Notes under the pieces: generated by a model | What the model was told of the DNA's origin: nothing | The model's input: only the letters and a program-made list of their open reading frames with translations | Database searches by the model: none | Made by a program: the position numbers and the translations under genes | Source: Raillietiella orientalis | Lineage: Eukaryota | DNA length: 64,000 nucleotides | NCBI GenBank assembly: GCA_036172245.1 | Contig: JAYWIR010000019.1 | Location: 3,534,001 to 3,598,000, forward strand | Reading direction: 5' to 3' | Shown here: piece after piece, positions 48,900 to 61,399 of the stretch | Layout of the letters: the number at the start of each line of letters is the position of its first letter | Position numbering within the stretch: the stretch's first letter is position 1

Positions 48900-50260
48900 C
48901 ATTCCTTCCTTACTCGCTACGCGGGTGCCCCTGGAAGTCACCAGCGACCCCCTTCCTCACCTCCAGACCACCGAGCGACCCCTGACTCGGAGAATCTACC
49001 CCTTGCGACGGGCTCCTGAACGAGCCCTGGGGAGCGCCTGGCGATCCTCTCGGGACCCTCCTGGACCCGGGGTCCCTAGCCTGGAGATCCAAGACCCTCC
49101 GTCGTGGAGAGAAGGCTGGGAACGGGTGGCGAGCGCGCTCCGCTTCGGAAGCCGAGGACCATTCTCCGCAGCATCCGGACGGCAGGAGCATTTGGGACCG
49201 AACAGAAAGAGCCATGCCGAATTTCCTTCTCCACTTGACCACGCCCCTTTCATCGCCTCGCGTAGAATTGTTCCCACGCGACGCCGAGGGCAATTGTACG
49301 CTCCCGGAGTGGCACGGGCGATGCAGGGCGCACACGCCCTTCGCGAGATCGCCCGAAGCTCCGGCAACTTTGCGCTCGCCTGCAAGGCAACCCGTGGCAA
49401 CCCTGCGGAGTGCGACCCGTGGCCCGAGGTTGCTTGAGCGCGGGATAGGAGACCCCAGCCTTCCAGCACCGAGAATTCCCCGGTAGGTTGCGCTCTCCCG
49501 AGGGGACGCATTCAACGGAGGGACGGGGGGGTTGCTGCCCTTCGGACGCGTCACAGCGGAGTGCTCCAATCATGTGACGCCTTGGGGGAAGAAAGGCAAC
49601 GGGACCCCCTCCTGAGGAATGGATTTTGTGCCCGATGGCCCCAGGAGAGGAGACGGATCTGAAAAGGAAAGATGAATGAGAGGGACAGGGGCGTTGCCGA
49701 GCAACGCGGCTTTGCTCGACGCTTCCACGAATGTTCGCCAGGACCGGGACTCGTTCGCGTCGCCAGTCTGGAGACGCCATGCGTCCTGGGAGTCTCGTCT
49801 CTCCATCTGCATCCCAGCCGGTGAATCGGCTCGTGGCCGCCACCCAGCGGGTGGTACCGTGGGAGTGCTGCTAGCTCGCTGACGTTGCTTCGTCACCGAG
49901 AACTCTCCAACAGTCCCCTTCCGATCCAGCTGCACCCCTCGGAGACATGGCCGCTTTCGCTCCCTTCACGCGTTCCCGGAGAGGAGGTGGGTAAGCTCGG
50001 AACCTAGCAAAAATCGAGGGCTTCCCAGCTAATGAGAAAACAGCCCCGGGTGGGACGGGAACGCGCTGCCAGCACCAGCAAGCCCCTCTGCTCGACGTAA
50101 TGTAGCGGAAAAGGAGACGAAGGAAGGAGGAAGAATCGCAGACATCCTTTCATCCACACCACTGCCGCCAGTGCGTCCTCAGCATTCTCCCCCTGAAAGC
50201 GTAAAGCGCTCTTTCCGGTTCCAGTCACGTCCCTTCCTAATCTTCTGCTGCTGCAGCGCA
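48900..50260 (-). mobile_element. L1/Tx1-like RT core remnant
   Basis: NAEDALAAVVW (DxEKAFDxVxW), GHVSEGCS (GVRQGCP), AIGHKIH (SGxKIN), TYRGIL (KYLGI), in order. Confidence 0.5.
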
Positions 50261-50294
50261 CCACAGATTTTTATGCGGAACACGAAAAACAGCA

Positions 50295-50450
50295 CTCTTC
50301 CTCCCTTCCTTATCCTCTCTTCTTCTTCCTCTCTTCTTCTCGTTCTTCTGCTCTCTTCCACTCTTTCTCTTCCTCTCTTTCTCCTCCTCTCTTTTCTCTT
50401 TCTCTCTTCCTCCTCCTTCTCTCTTTATCCTCCTCTACCTCTCCACACCT
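50295..50450. repeat. Pyrimidine-rich low-complexity tract
   Basis: Direct reading (ctt/cct repeats). Confidence 0.9.
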
Positions 50451-51186
50451 TCTGCCGAGAAGGAAAATAGCTCTAGATCAATGGTCACATGCATTTCGTT
50501 CTTTTCTTACGTAGCTGCTCAACCAGGTCAGCCTGTTACCTTCAGCGAGTCGACTCTGAAGAGAGAGCGGCGCATCTTCCCCTTTGTCTTCCGTTCTCAA
50601 CTTCCCCCCTTCCTTCCCTCCTTCCTCGTTTTCGTTGTGCAGGTCTTAGGCAGTGCAGGTGGGCGCAAGGAACCTTTCTTAAGGAGAGCAAGATCGTAGA
50701 GCAGGAAGACCCATGTGAGCTTTTCCCTTCCTCCCTCTCTGCCTCAACTCCGTGACGAACGACAGCTCCTTTCCCTCGGACCCTCTTCCTCAGCTTCGAG
50801 CTTCTTCCACCCCAGTCTGAGCATAGAGCACAGTGATCTCGTGCTCTCTTCATGGAGGCGGAGGCCGCGAGGATGCGTTGTTTCAAAGAGCATGGTGCTC
50901 ACTGCATCCGTCTCTCCCGCGAACCTCCGGAAGGATTAGTGGCCGGAAGCTGCGCGACCGTTGGGACGAATCCTCCCCTGCGCTGCTTGCCGAGCCACCA
51001 GTCCGCTACAGAGGTTCCTTCTTTCAGGTCCTTCCCCGCCCTCCCACCTTCTGGGAAGCGGCGTTCCTTTCCGTCCAGGCAGGGAGAAGCTGGGAACCGG
51101 GAGCCTTCCACGGATGAACTCTCACGATACATCGTGGTCCTTCGAGGAAGCCATGGAAACGGTCAGCCTTCAGATCCTGCGGCAGC

Positions 51187-52335
51187 ATGGGGGATGAGAA
51201 CGCGAGCTCTGAGAGATACGAACTCATGAACGATTCCTGGATGCTGTACAATAGGAACACCACGGAGGATTACTCTTTTCACCACATGATCTCCGTGGTG
51301 GTGCCGATCCTGTTCAGCATCATCTTCATCGTCGGTCTCACCGGAAACGTGCTCGTGGTCCTCATCGTCTGCATGAACAAGAAGATGATGAACACTACGA
51401 ATATCCTCATCTTGAACCTGGCCATCGCCGACATGCTTTTCATCGTCTTCTGCGTGCCTTCCACGGCCTCGGACTACATGTCGGTGAGAAACTGGCTCTT
51501 CGGAGACCTCTGGTGCAAGACAGTGTACTACCTGATCCACGTGACCGCGTACGTCAGCATCTATACGCTGGTGCTGATGTCTCTGGACCGTTTCCTGGCG
51601 GTGGTGTTTCCCCTGCAGTCGGTCCCCCTGCGCACCATGAAGAAGACCCAGAACGCGCTGATCGTGACCTGGATCTTCGCCCTGCTGCTGTGCCTGCCCA
51701 CGTTCTCCGTGTACGGGGAGGTCGCATTCGCTTTCCACCAGGAAACGCGGGCCCTCTGCATCTTCACGAAGGACTACGACATGTTCATGACGGTGCAGAT
51801 CACGTTCTTCGTGACCTCCTACCTGCTGCCCTTGGTCGTCATCTGCAGCCTCTACACCTGCATACTGTGGAAGCTGTGGCACATGACTCCCAACATTCAG
51901 ACGTCCCGCGAGGCTCTTCAAGGGAAACGCCGGGTGACCAAGATGGTCACGGCGGTGATCATTGCCTTCGCCCTCTGCTGGCTGCCCATCCAGATCATCC
52001 TGGTCCTGAAAAGCTGTGATATGTTCATCAGTGATAGCCCCGTGAAGGTCCTGCTCCAGATGACTGCGAACTGCCTGGCGTACATGAATTCCTGCATCAA
52101 CCCCATCCTGTACGCCTTCCTTTCCGAAAAGTTCCGGGTCCTGTTCAGGATGTACATTCGGCTGAAGTGCCGCGACCTCCAGGAACAGGACATTGCACTG
52201 GCCTCTCTGCAAAACAAGTGCGGGAGCTCGGTGCTGGAGAAAGTGCGTCTCGCTCCAGGTAAGAGCCAGATCGATTGTTATGACGGAAACACGGACGCAT
52301 TGCTGACAGCGGTATTCCAGCTTGCCTCGAGCTGA
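51187..52335 (+). CDS. AstA-R: Allatostatin-A receptor-like (galanin-receptor family) class A GPCR, 382 aa, uninterrupted ORF
   Basis: Seven hydrophobic segments; GN in TM1, TTNILILNLAIADMLFIVFCVP, FGDLWCK, TAYVSIYTLVLMSLDRFLAVV, SYLLPL, GKRRVTKMV, CWLPIQIILVLK, LAYMNSCINPILYAFLSEKFR, the signature set of arthropod AstA receptors. N-terminal N-glycosylation sequons (NAS, NDS, NTT) and strong GC3 codon bias. Confidence 0.95.
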   Translation: MGDENASSERYELMNDSWMLYNRNTTEDYSFHHMISVVVPILFSIIFIVGLTGNVLVVLIVCMNKKMMNTTNILILNLAIADMLFIVFCVPSTASDYMSVRNWLFGDLWCKTVYYLIHVTAYVSIYTLVLMSLDRFLAVVFPLQSVPLRTMKKTQNALIVTWIFALLLCLPTFSVYGEVAFAFHQETRALCIFTKDYDMFMTVQITFFVTSYLLPLVVICSLYTCILWKLWHMTPNIQTSREALQGKRRVTKMVTAVIIAFALCWLPIQIILVLKSCDMFISDSPVKVLLQMTANCLAYMNSCINPILYAFLSEKFRVLFRMYIRLKCRDLQEQDIALASLQNKCGSSVLEKVRLAPGKSQIDCYDGNTDALLTAVFQLASS

Positions 52336-52367
52336 AGGAACGCGACCGAGGGGGTCTCTCTCAGTCA

Positions 52368-52373
52368 AATAAA
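52368..52373 (+). promoter_or_regulatory. Candidate polyadenylation signal of the GPCR gene
   Basis: AATAAA about 33 nt after the stop codon. Confidence 0.4.
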
Positions 52374-52493
52374 AGGGGGGGGGGAGGCACGCACTTTCGT
52401 ACGCTCGTGTCCTTTATCCTGGCAGCCTCGTCTTGGAGGGGAGCATGTCCTGGAAAAAAAAGCAGGCATTAGCCAGCATACTCGAGGGTTCAT

Positions 52494-52498
<5 letters not shown>

Positions 52499-52542
<44 letters not shown>

Positions 52543-52552
52543 CGCGCGCGCG
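52499..52552. repeat. Compound microsatellite (CT)14(CG)13
   Basis: Direct reading: CT run 52499-52526, CG run 52527-52552. Confidence 0.95.
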
Positions 52553-52999
52553 CCCTTTCCCTCTTCCCCTCCCCCTCAGTCTCCCACCCCCGCAGTCGTG
52601 CTCTCTCTCAGAGTTCGAACGTCACAGCTTTCAGCTGGGATTGCACTCTCTCCTGTGGTAGCAGCGCCCACGTGAAGAGAGAACAGAACTCCCGTCGTTG
52701 TCTGTCGCGTTTCGGGACTCCTCAGGAACTCTCCAAAGCTCTCCAGAGAAACTCCTCTGCGATTTCCATTTTCGCGCGTGGGAAAAGAGGGTAGCCGTTC
52801 TTCGGAAATGACGCATCTGGGCGCCGATCTCCGGGAAGCGTTGAGGATATCGGGGACGCATTGATAACCAGCAGACATTCCCCGTGAATAGAGGACTTCT
52901 CTTCCAAGAGGCGACGGGGGAGCCTGAAGACCAAAGAAACAGCGGACTTCGTTCCTCACAGCACTCTCACGCGTTGCACGCTGGGAATGCCTCCTCGAC

Positions 53000-55900
53000 G
53001 AGGACGTCCAGCATCGTTGGGAGCGCGTTGGATCAAGGCAAGCAGAAAGACCGGGACGAAGTAAAGGGCTCTTCCTTTACTTCGTCCGGCTCTGCAGAAA
53101 GGACACGGCTCCCAGAAGGAAGGCTCGATGTGGGATTGCGCCGCGAGATGCAGGCGCCAAAGATGAGAGCACGCGAGCAAGGCAGCCGGGGATTGCACTT
53201 CGAGCTCCCGCAGGCTCCGGGAAGGCACACGTCCCCTTTCGGAGAAGGGAGAGGGAGTTCAGCGGCACCTCCGTGCTCCTTGGAACGTTCCTTTATGCGC
53301 AACCGCGATCCAGGGTTGAGACAGATCCACAAAGTCCCTGAACACCCTCGGCCTCAAATCCTCGCTGATGCAGTCTTTACTCGGTCTTCGGCTGAAGTGG
53401 GGTCTCCGAAGCGGGGGACAAACAAACCAGTGACGCTGAATGAATCATCTTGATGACCTACAATCAACTTCCTCTGAACTCCATCCCTCAACTTCCTAAA
53501 CCTCGGCTGACCTCCGGGATACGGCAGCATTATGCCGCCGCGGATGGCAGGCAAGCCGGCTAGGAATCCGGGGGCAAGGGACCGCATTGATCCACGCTCA
53601 GCTTCTGTGATCCTTCCCCAGAACTTTGATGCGTTTCCCTCCACCCCTTCCCGTCACGCAGGCGGGACTCCCTGCTCTGCCTTCGGGTGTCGCTTCATCA
53701 CGCATCCGCGGGGACCCGTTCGAGCGACGCTCGCCCTCCAGCATCTCGAATCCCAAAGTCCGGGTGACGACCCTGCCCTCGGAGAGATTCCCACTCGTCG
53801 GGGCTGCTCGGTTTCGCAATGAACTCTGGCCGTCAGGAACCGCTCCAGCGGCTCCAGGAAACCGACATTCCGCATCGGCACGCTGGCGAGCGGCGGCGCA
53901 CTGCAGCCGAGCTTGAGAGAGAACTTGAGGGCGGGGGGGAAGCTGATTCGGAACGCGCTCCTGAAAGACGAATTCTCCTCAGGGGATGAAGACCCTCTCC
54001 CCGTCGTCCGAGTTTCATTTGCTTGCTGACTTTGCATGAGATGGATTTCCCCTTTTGAAAGGCGTATGCGAAAGATCAAGTCAAACATCGGTCCACATGG
54101 TGTGCTTTTCAGAAGCATGGATGCAAATAAAGCAAGCGGCAGTTAGGTGTCTTGAGCACGCAATAGAATCATTTTGGGGGCTTCTGAAATAGGCGCTCGG
54201 CACATCCGATATTCGGAGCAAGTGCTGATGTTTCTCTTCCTTTTTCCTCTTCCCCTTGCTCCCTCTTCTCCTTGCAAGGGAGCAGATAAAAGATTCCTGC
54301 AGTTCGAGAGCGTGATAGGAAAGAAAGCAATAAGCGGGGATGTTCGAAACGGAAGACCCTGGAAGATAACAAAGTTGCGAGAGAAATCATGGATCCCTCG
54401 AGCAGGCTACCTGGGTTGGAAGGAGAAATCCCTGGAAAATGCCGCAGACAGTAAGGCGTGCAGCAGTACTTCGCGTAGCGTCTCTGAGTGGAGGAATTTC
54501 GAGAGAGATGCCTCGGCACGTAATTCGTTTTGCGATTTGGGGTCATGCGTTTCCCCTGGATGTTGGCGAGAATACAAGAACTTGGCAAGCGCGAATCAGC
54601 GAGGGAAAAAGGCATCTGCACAAGCTTAGCGTTTGCTGCTTGTTGATCACTGCCCTGCGGCCACTTCCTCCACAGTTTCCCACCCGCTGCTCGCATCCTC
54701 TCATCCCGTGCTCTTTTGGCTTCCTCACGCCTTCTGCGACCACGTGCTAGAGGAAGATGGAAAAATTTTCCATCTCTCCTCCCGTCGAACTGCAGCCACT
54801 GGTGCGCCTTCCCTTGACTGCAACCTAAGCCGCCGCGGCAGAAAAATGCTACAACGCATCGGGAGGTCGCCGATGAGTTGGCTTCAGGGGGCACTAAATC
54901 TGTTTGTAACCGGTCACCGAGTTTCCTGGAACGGAAGGGTTGGATATCCGCACCATCGAAAGACTGCGGACCGCTTTTCGTCAAGAGGGGATATTCATTG
55001 TACTAACAGCACTAACAGCTAATGCAGCCTTTCCTCAACGAACGCTTCTTTGCCCTCGATTTGGTTATCGTCAAATCGAGGAAGAAAATTATTAGCGTCA
55101 GCCACCTTTCTGACACTCCCCGAGAAGGGAGGGGTTCACAGCGCACAAGCTGATCTCCCGAGGGGAAATGGCGACGACCACACACAGGCATCCCCAGGGA
55201 ACCACTCTCGACGTCGTTTCCTGCAGGACGAGCAGGATTGGAAATGTGTGTCTTAAGAGTAGCAGCCTTCTGAGCACTCCAGAAGTTCAGTCGCATCGGG
55301 GACATTAGAATGGGAGCGTCCGTGCCAGACAGAATGGCTACCGGTCGAGGACCAGAGGAGCCATAGAGGCGCTAGGAGAGCCTGGGTTTGCCCGAGAAGA
55401 CACGGTTCTCCATCTGACAGGTCCCAGCTCGGTGGTTCCACAACTCCTGCCAGGCACGGATGGCGCAGCGGTTTCAGCTGATCGAGCTTCGGCCTCCTCC
55501 TGGACCCCACGGATTTCCTCCTGAAGGAGGAAAATGCTCGAGCCTTCTGCGTCCGCTTTTCCTGCTGCATGCAGAGAAAGCCCGTCTCCAGTCCGGAAGC
55601 GTATTCAGAATGGCCCCGTCGGGAGAGGACAGTCCCTGTTCAGAATACGACGCAGGCCTGGAGAGCCATCTTTTCGCATCACATCCTCTCATCCCTGTTC
55701 TTGAAGCCCGAGAAGGCGAGATCGTGCACCCCCTCAGCGAACCTGCGTCCCTTTGTATTTCTCTTGCCTATTGCACGACTCGGGCACTTTCCTGCATTGT
55801 TCGCTTCCCCGTCTCTTCCCTTTTGGGTTTTCGGATCTACGAAGTACTCGTCCTCCGGTCACGTCGTCCAATGCAAAGAGCAATCCCGCACAGTCTCGGA
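53000..55900 (-). mobile_element. L1/Tx1-clade ORF2 relic (linker, RT and thumb; APE uncertain)
   Basis: QWLQFDGRRDGKFFH (W..GDxNTKFFH), RLPSSCILANIQGK..TNYVP..GSLLEGSMI (RT N-terminus), PALKFS (SGLKIN), KFWG..GLPAIRGGIMLP (FxW..GGLxLP), in order. Confidence 0.6.
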
Positions 55901-58229
55901 AAGTGAACCGGAAGCTCCCATCCCATACTGCAGAGGTCTAATTAGGGGAATGCCTGCTGCTGTTAACTAGCATTACCGTTCCTTCTTCCCAAGTGCTTCT
56001 CATTGTCACTGGAAGGACGTGCGCATCTGGAGTAAGGGAAAGAAAGGGGACATGTTCGGGGATGCATGCCCTCTTTGAAAAACACCCTTTAAAGTTCATA
56101 ACCGGAAGGTGTCCAGTCCAGGAAATGGATAAAACGAGGGAGGGAATCGTGTCGAGGAGCTTTGTGGTTGGAAAATTAGGGATGCAATAAAACGGAGCCA
56201 TGCGAATCCTCCCTTTCGCCTGGATGCGTGAATCTCAGTAGAGCCAAACAGAAAAGGTAAAGTGGACCTCAGAGTGTTCTTCAGGAATCTGAAAAGGCAC
56301 CATCCACACAGCCACTACTCAACCGAACCTTCGAGGTAGCTCTTCGGCATGGCCTACTGATGTGTCAGTGGACAAACCACTCTCCCAGCACTCCTTTGCT
56401 GGTAAAACAAGGAAGTGCAACCTGCCGTTGCTGCATTGGACGAGTGAAAAGAAACCGATCCTGCACATTTGCAATTTTGTCTCTTGGATTTGGAGGGGGG
56501 GGATGCAAAATGCACACATTCCTTCTTGTTTCCGGAAGGAGAGACATCCGGTAAATGGCTAAAGAAAGCTCCATAGCTGGTCACTAAGACCTCGAGGGAA
56601 GAAGAAAACCGAAAAAAAACTCTTACATCGACCTCAATGGACTTTACAGGTTCCCTCTTCCTAACAGATCGCAATGGGGTGTCGAGTCTGCGATAAAAAA
56701 GACCACTTGGCACTTGGTCACGCTTCCAAATTAATGCAACATACTTTTATTTGCACGCAACAATGTTGTTCTCAAGGTTGTCGAGGAAGAGAAGAAGAGA
56801 GGGAGTTTGCACAGCTGCAAGAAAGGACTCTGATCACGAGAGACTTGTTAGCTGAAGGCCCGGAGCACAACGTCCATCGAGGAAATAGTCGGATCCCGGA
56901 TGAATGTTCTCAGAATCCGAAATTGTACCAGGAAGACTAGATCGATGAGGAGGCCTTAAAATAACAAACAGGAGCCAAGGTCGAATGCCAAGGCAGAAGG
57001 CTGATCGAAGCCTTCGAGCACCGCCGGAAAGCGCGTCGTCAGTTCCACCTCTGGCGTCGCAGAAAGCCACCCATCGAATAGGTGGCGCACGAGACAAGCC
57101 GTGGAAGCCCCCAAACCCGCACCTTACCAATGATACCCAAAGACATTTTTTTTCTTCTATCCAGGTTGGAGACGAACCTGCTCAAACAAAGATCGAGTGC
57201 TTCCATGCTTCGCCCTAGGAGCCACATCGTCCACTGTCCCTCTCACAGAGTTGCGACGAGAAGTCTCGCTTTTCAAACACGGGAAATTCCTCCCGCTCTT
57301 TGCCTCCGGCTTTGAGAGTTCAAGAATTCGCTGTATACGTGGTTTGGTGGTACGAATTCGTACGGTGCTCTGCAGACGGTTCAGCTAGACCATGAAGATC
57401 GATGGGCAAGCAACACAGCACGAGAAGCTGCTAGGATATCGGCAGCCACAAAATTCAAAAGCAGCGGTGGTCACCATGGGGAAAAATGAGCACGAGAGAA
57501 ACTGTGTAATGCGTGCGACCCCGGGAGCGAAACTGCGTCATCGCTGGCCCGAGAGGGAGCCATGGTAAAGGGGAAAACAGTTTCGTTTGCCTCTTCGACA
57601 AGCCTGCGCCTCTCTGCTCTCTGGCGCGCATCCGTTCCCGGAGGGCGAAGAGTCGCAGGTCATTCGGTACGAAACCTCGGGAGGAATCGCTTCCCGCTCG
57701 TGGGAGCGACCACGAGGTCTGGGAGGCGGTCACCAGAAAGGGTCAGCGAACCCGGCAGCACCTGCAGCTCGCAGCCCTTCTAGTTCCTTCGCTGCTTGAC
57801 CTCCCTCTGAAGTTCGCGGGTGGTCTGCAGACCTCGGATCCCAATAGGTGGCAGCAGTGAGGTTGCTCCCGGAGCTCCGCTCCGCTCCTTTGGCTGATGA
57901 CTCCAAAAGGCAAATCATCCTCTGGTAGCACCCGGAATCCACTGCTGCGCGCCATAGCGACCGCCCATATGTCGGGGAGGAAGCGTTTGGGCTTCGGCAT
58001 TTCTTGGAGACAGTTTCCAAATAGACATGACCACGGACGCAACTATTAAAGTGATCTCTTCATTTGATCGAGCGTGCAGCAACTGATTGCTTGGAGTGAG
58101 CAGCCCTCTTCCTGGAATCAGGAAGAAACGGGAGACGCAAAAACCGGGAGGAAAGCCACAAAGAGCCTGTCTGAGGGGGAAGCAGACGTGGCACGAAAAC
58201 GGACACAGTGGGAGTAGACCAGAAGGAGA

Positions 58230-58720
58230 TCTGAATAACCAGGTTGGAACCTGGAACGAGCTAATGGCAGAAGAGCATCCGAGCAAACCAAGAGGAAGGG
58301 ATCGTTGCCTTGGTAGAAGAAACGAAGGGCGTCTCTCTGCCCTACTTCTAACGAAAGTGAAGCTCTGCTGAGACTCAGCTGACATGCGGCAGCAAGTTAT
58401 CTGAAGGGTGGACTTTCTCGCGATACAGCCCTCAGCCCCTAGAATGCGTTGCAGCGCACGCAACGACACCGGCAGGAGAATCGCATTTGTGCCGTAGTAG
58501 TGATTTCCGTTTCATAGCAAGCAGGCCAAAGCGAAGACGAAAAAGGTGGCTAAATGGGATGGATGAGAAAGAACGTAACCGACCTACCATACCAACTTCC
58601 TCCTGTCACTCTCGGACACCAATGGGCGCGGCTTTTTGCCAATCCTCCGCACGGCAGTCTTTGCTCGCGAAGAGGGAGATGGCAAGTAATGACCGCCTGA
58701 ACAGAGGAGCTTGTGACCAC
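58230..58720 (+). mobile_element. Possible RTE-type endonuclease remnant
   Basis: VGTWNE (GTWNV), then IPTSS..AFCQS (APT..FY). Confidence 0.3.
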
Positions 58721-59299
58721 GGGTAACTGCTTTCCCTTGCCCGTAAGAACAAAAAGAGTCAAATGCATCCCTCTGAGCATTTCTCAAGCAGCCAGACGAC
58801 ATGTGCATCAGCCCGATTTTTATTTTTATTTTTTTCATCCTCTCCGAGGCACGTAGGGATGTGCAACATAATAAGTAATCACTTAAGGCCTGAGAAATTC
58901 ATCATGCAATTTTTTTCGAAAAAAAAATTGCTGCCAAATCTAGGATGGTTCTGCGTAGAAAGTGGTATCCCGGAAAGTAACGCCGGACACTGGTTGATGT
59001 GGTATCCCGGAAAGTGATTCCAGGATCGTTACAGATCGACACACGTCTCCTCAAGGAATTTGAATAAACCCAAAAAATGCTTTCCTTTAGACAGACTTGT
59101 TCCCTCTCGTGTGACGATTCACTCTTCACGAAAATACAACATCCGTTTTCATTAGTCACGAATTTCATTTTCGACTAAGCAGATCGCACGTAGGGAGTGC
59201 CTCTACCTTCCCTCTGGGTGTCAGGAGGACAGTTTTCCAAGTCCCCTTTTCGCCGATTGGGATAAATTCAGCGAAAAAAGGCTCGCGTGAAAGCAGATC

Positions 59300-60050
59300 G
59301 TTCTCCTTCAAGTTTCCAGGTCCGTTATACAGCTTCCAGCCGTTTCCAGATCACCGAGTGCTGTGGATCATGTGAAGCGTGCCATTTGAAACCTGGAACC
59401 GAATTTATGCGTTCTGATTGCAAACGCAAATGCTGATGCACGAAGAAAAGAACGCTCCTGAAAAGGTCATTCCGGCAGGAACTTTTCAGGTAGCTCGCCT
59501 CGAGCATCGTGCTCTTAAAGGAAAACGATTTCACACCGAAATACTAAGCAGTGTTCTTGAGCTTCTTGCTGATCAATCAACGGTCCTTTTTCTATCAACA
59601 GCTTGCTGGTCCTTGCTTCAAGTGCTCTCGGATCTGACCTAGTCCTTTTCTTTTTCGGGGAAAGTGTGAAAGGTCTCACTCTTTGAAAACGGAACCTCCT
59701 TGCTTATGAATAGCATCGCTGACAAAGAGAACGAAGCTCTTGCGCATTCCTGAGGAAAGAACTGGTGTCGTCTTAGTCTTAACGGATGCAAAGCACATGG
59801 AATTGCAAGTCCATCGTTCGGAGTGAAAACCAAAGGAATCGAAGTCCAAAGGGAAAACAAACACTGTTCCTCGCAGTCCACAAGAACCGTCACCTGGATG
59901 CAGCTTTTCCTGTTGTCTGGGAGGCTGCTAAAGCCCCCTTTTTTAGAACCTTCTGAATCATTGATACCGTTTTAGGCAGACTGCTCATCAGTGATGTTTC
60001 CAGAAAGTATGTGAAGCCATCAGCCCAATGTTCAGAAATGAGAATGTAAA
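59300..60050 (-). mobile_element. Copia-type integrase remnant
   Basis: KEVPFSKSETFHTFPEKE (GGEF.S..F..F..E), DQQAVDRKRT (QNGxAERxNRT), STMLEASYL..INSVP..P..IWK (ML..AxLP..NRxP..PxExW). Confidence 0.45.
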
Positions 60051-61399
60051 TTCGTTCCTGTATTCAGGAGGCTTCTCAACAAGAAACTTGGACATTTGCG
60101 TTAACATATAAAATGCAGAATACTTCTAAAATGCACCCTTGAGTGGAAGTGTAACCAAGGAAACGTTAACCTATATCCCAACGAATGGAGTTCTAAAGTG
60201 CATTTTTTTTTTTTTTTTTTTTCATGTATATACATCCTCAGTTCCTTTTCCAAAGAAGAGCAACTGAGGATGCGATTTATTATTTGAGATACATGCTAAA
60301 TTGAATTGCTCTTGTTTTGATATTCTGTCAGATGCTGATGAATTGTATTCTTCCAGCTACGAGTCATTTTTTCAAGATGTATAGAAGAAAGTAGAACTCA
60401 ATAAAGTGGAGGATTGCAAGAAAAAATAGAGCGCTGGAAAGTTCGAATCTAGAAAAATCATTCCCAAGAATCGGAAAATGTGATCTAAAGTGTTCCGATC
60501 CTCTTGTATTTTCGCATCGAAAGCGGAAGTAGAAAGAAGCGAAGTGCAGTTTCCGGTACAAGAATAGAAAAGGCTCATTCCCGTACCTCTCCCACTGTCC
60601 CTTTCCCGCCATGCTACAGAAGCGTTGCCACACCAGAATTAGTGTAAGACTCCTTTCATAAACTTAAAGTTATCTTTCCACCCATCTCTTAATTTCTATA
60701 AGTAGGATTCCCTATAAGGCGGGGGATATGTTCCGCGTTATACGAGCCCTATGGGTTATGCACGGATAATAGAATAGTATTTATGAGAGCATGCAATGCA
60801 CAGATGCTGCAGCAATACGAATATTCATTCTTCCATTCTACAGCAAGAAGAAAAATTTAAAGTGTTTATTTATTATTTGATTTGGAGGAAACTTTTGCAC
60901 TTTTGCTGGTATTTAATCAATCTGAATTCTATAGCTTCAGCGCTATCATTTCCGTTATCGAAGAATCTATCTTCTTGCGCTGTTTTATCCACGAGAATTT
61001 GAAATTAATGAAATTCAGGGCACTTAAATCATGTGTTCTCACACTCTTTTTAAAAACATCTGCACTCACACTGTACCACAAAATTAAACTTCATCCACAG
61101 AGTGTTGCATGGGGCTGATTTACCTCGCTATGCCAGGAATGCCTCCATTTTTTACTATACGAGTCATTGCTATGCGGAGCTCTCCTGCATTTAAATAAAC
61201 GTATATTGAGTACGATATTTATAAAATCTCGTTTACTCAAGCTTACATAAAACAACATTGAATAGCATTCCCCTTCCTCCGGTTAGCCATTAATTCAATC
61301 CACTATCCTGAATAGCCTTACGATTGCAGCAGCAGCTGATAGGTGTGTACAGGGTGGAAAGTTTAGTCGCCACATCCAGAAAAAAGTTCGGGCATTACA

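Noticed and set aside
51163..52368. 401-aa antisense ORF overlapping the GPCR
   Set aside because: Expected shadow of a GC3-biased coding strand; no independent features.
58962..59015. 17-bp direct repeat gtggtatcccggaaagt x2 with a 20-bp spacer (CRISPR-like)
   Set aside because: Only two units, eukaryotic context and no cas genes; a local duplication.
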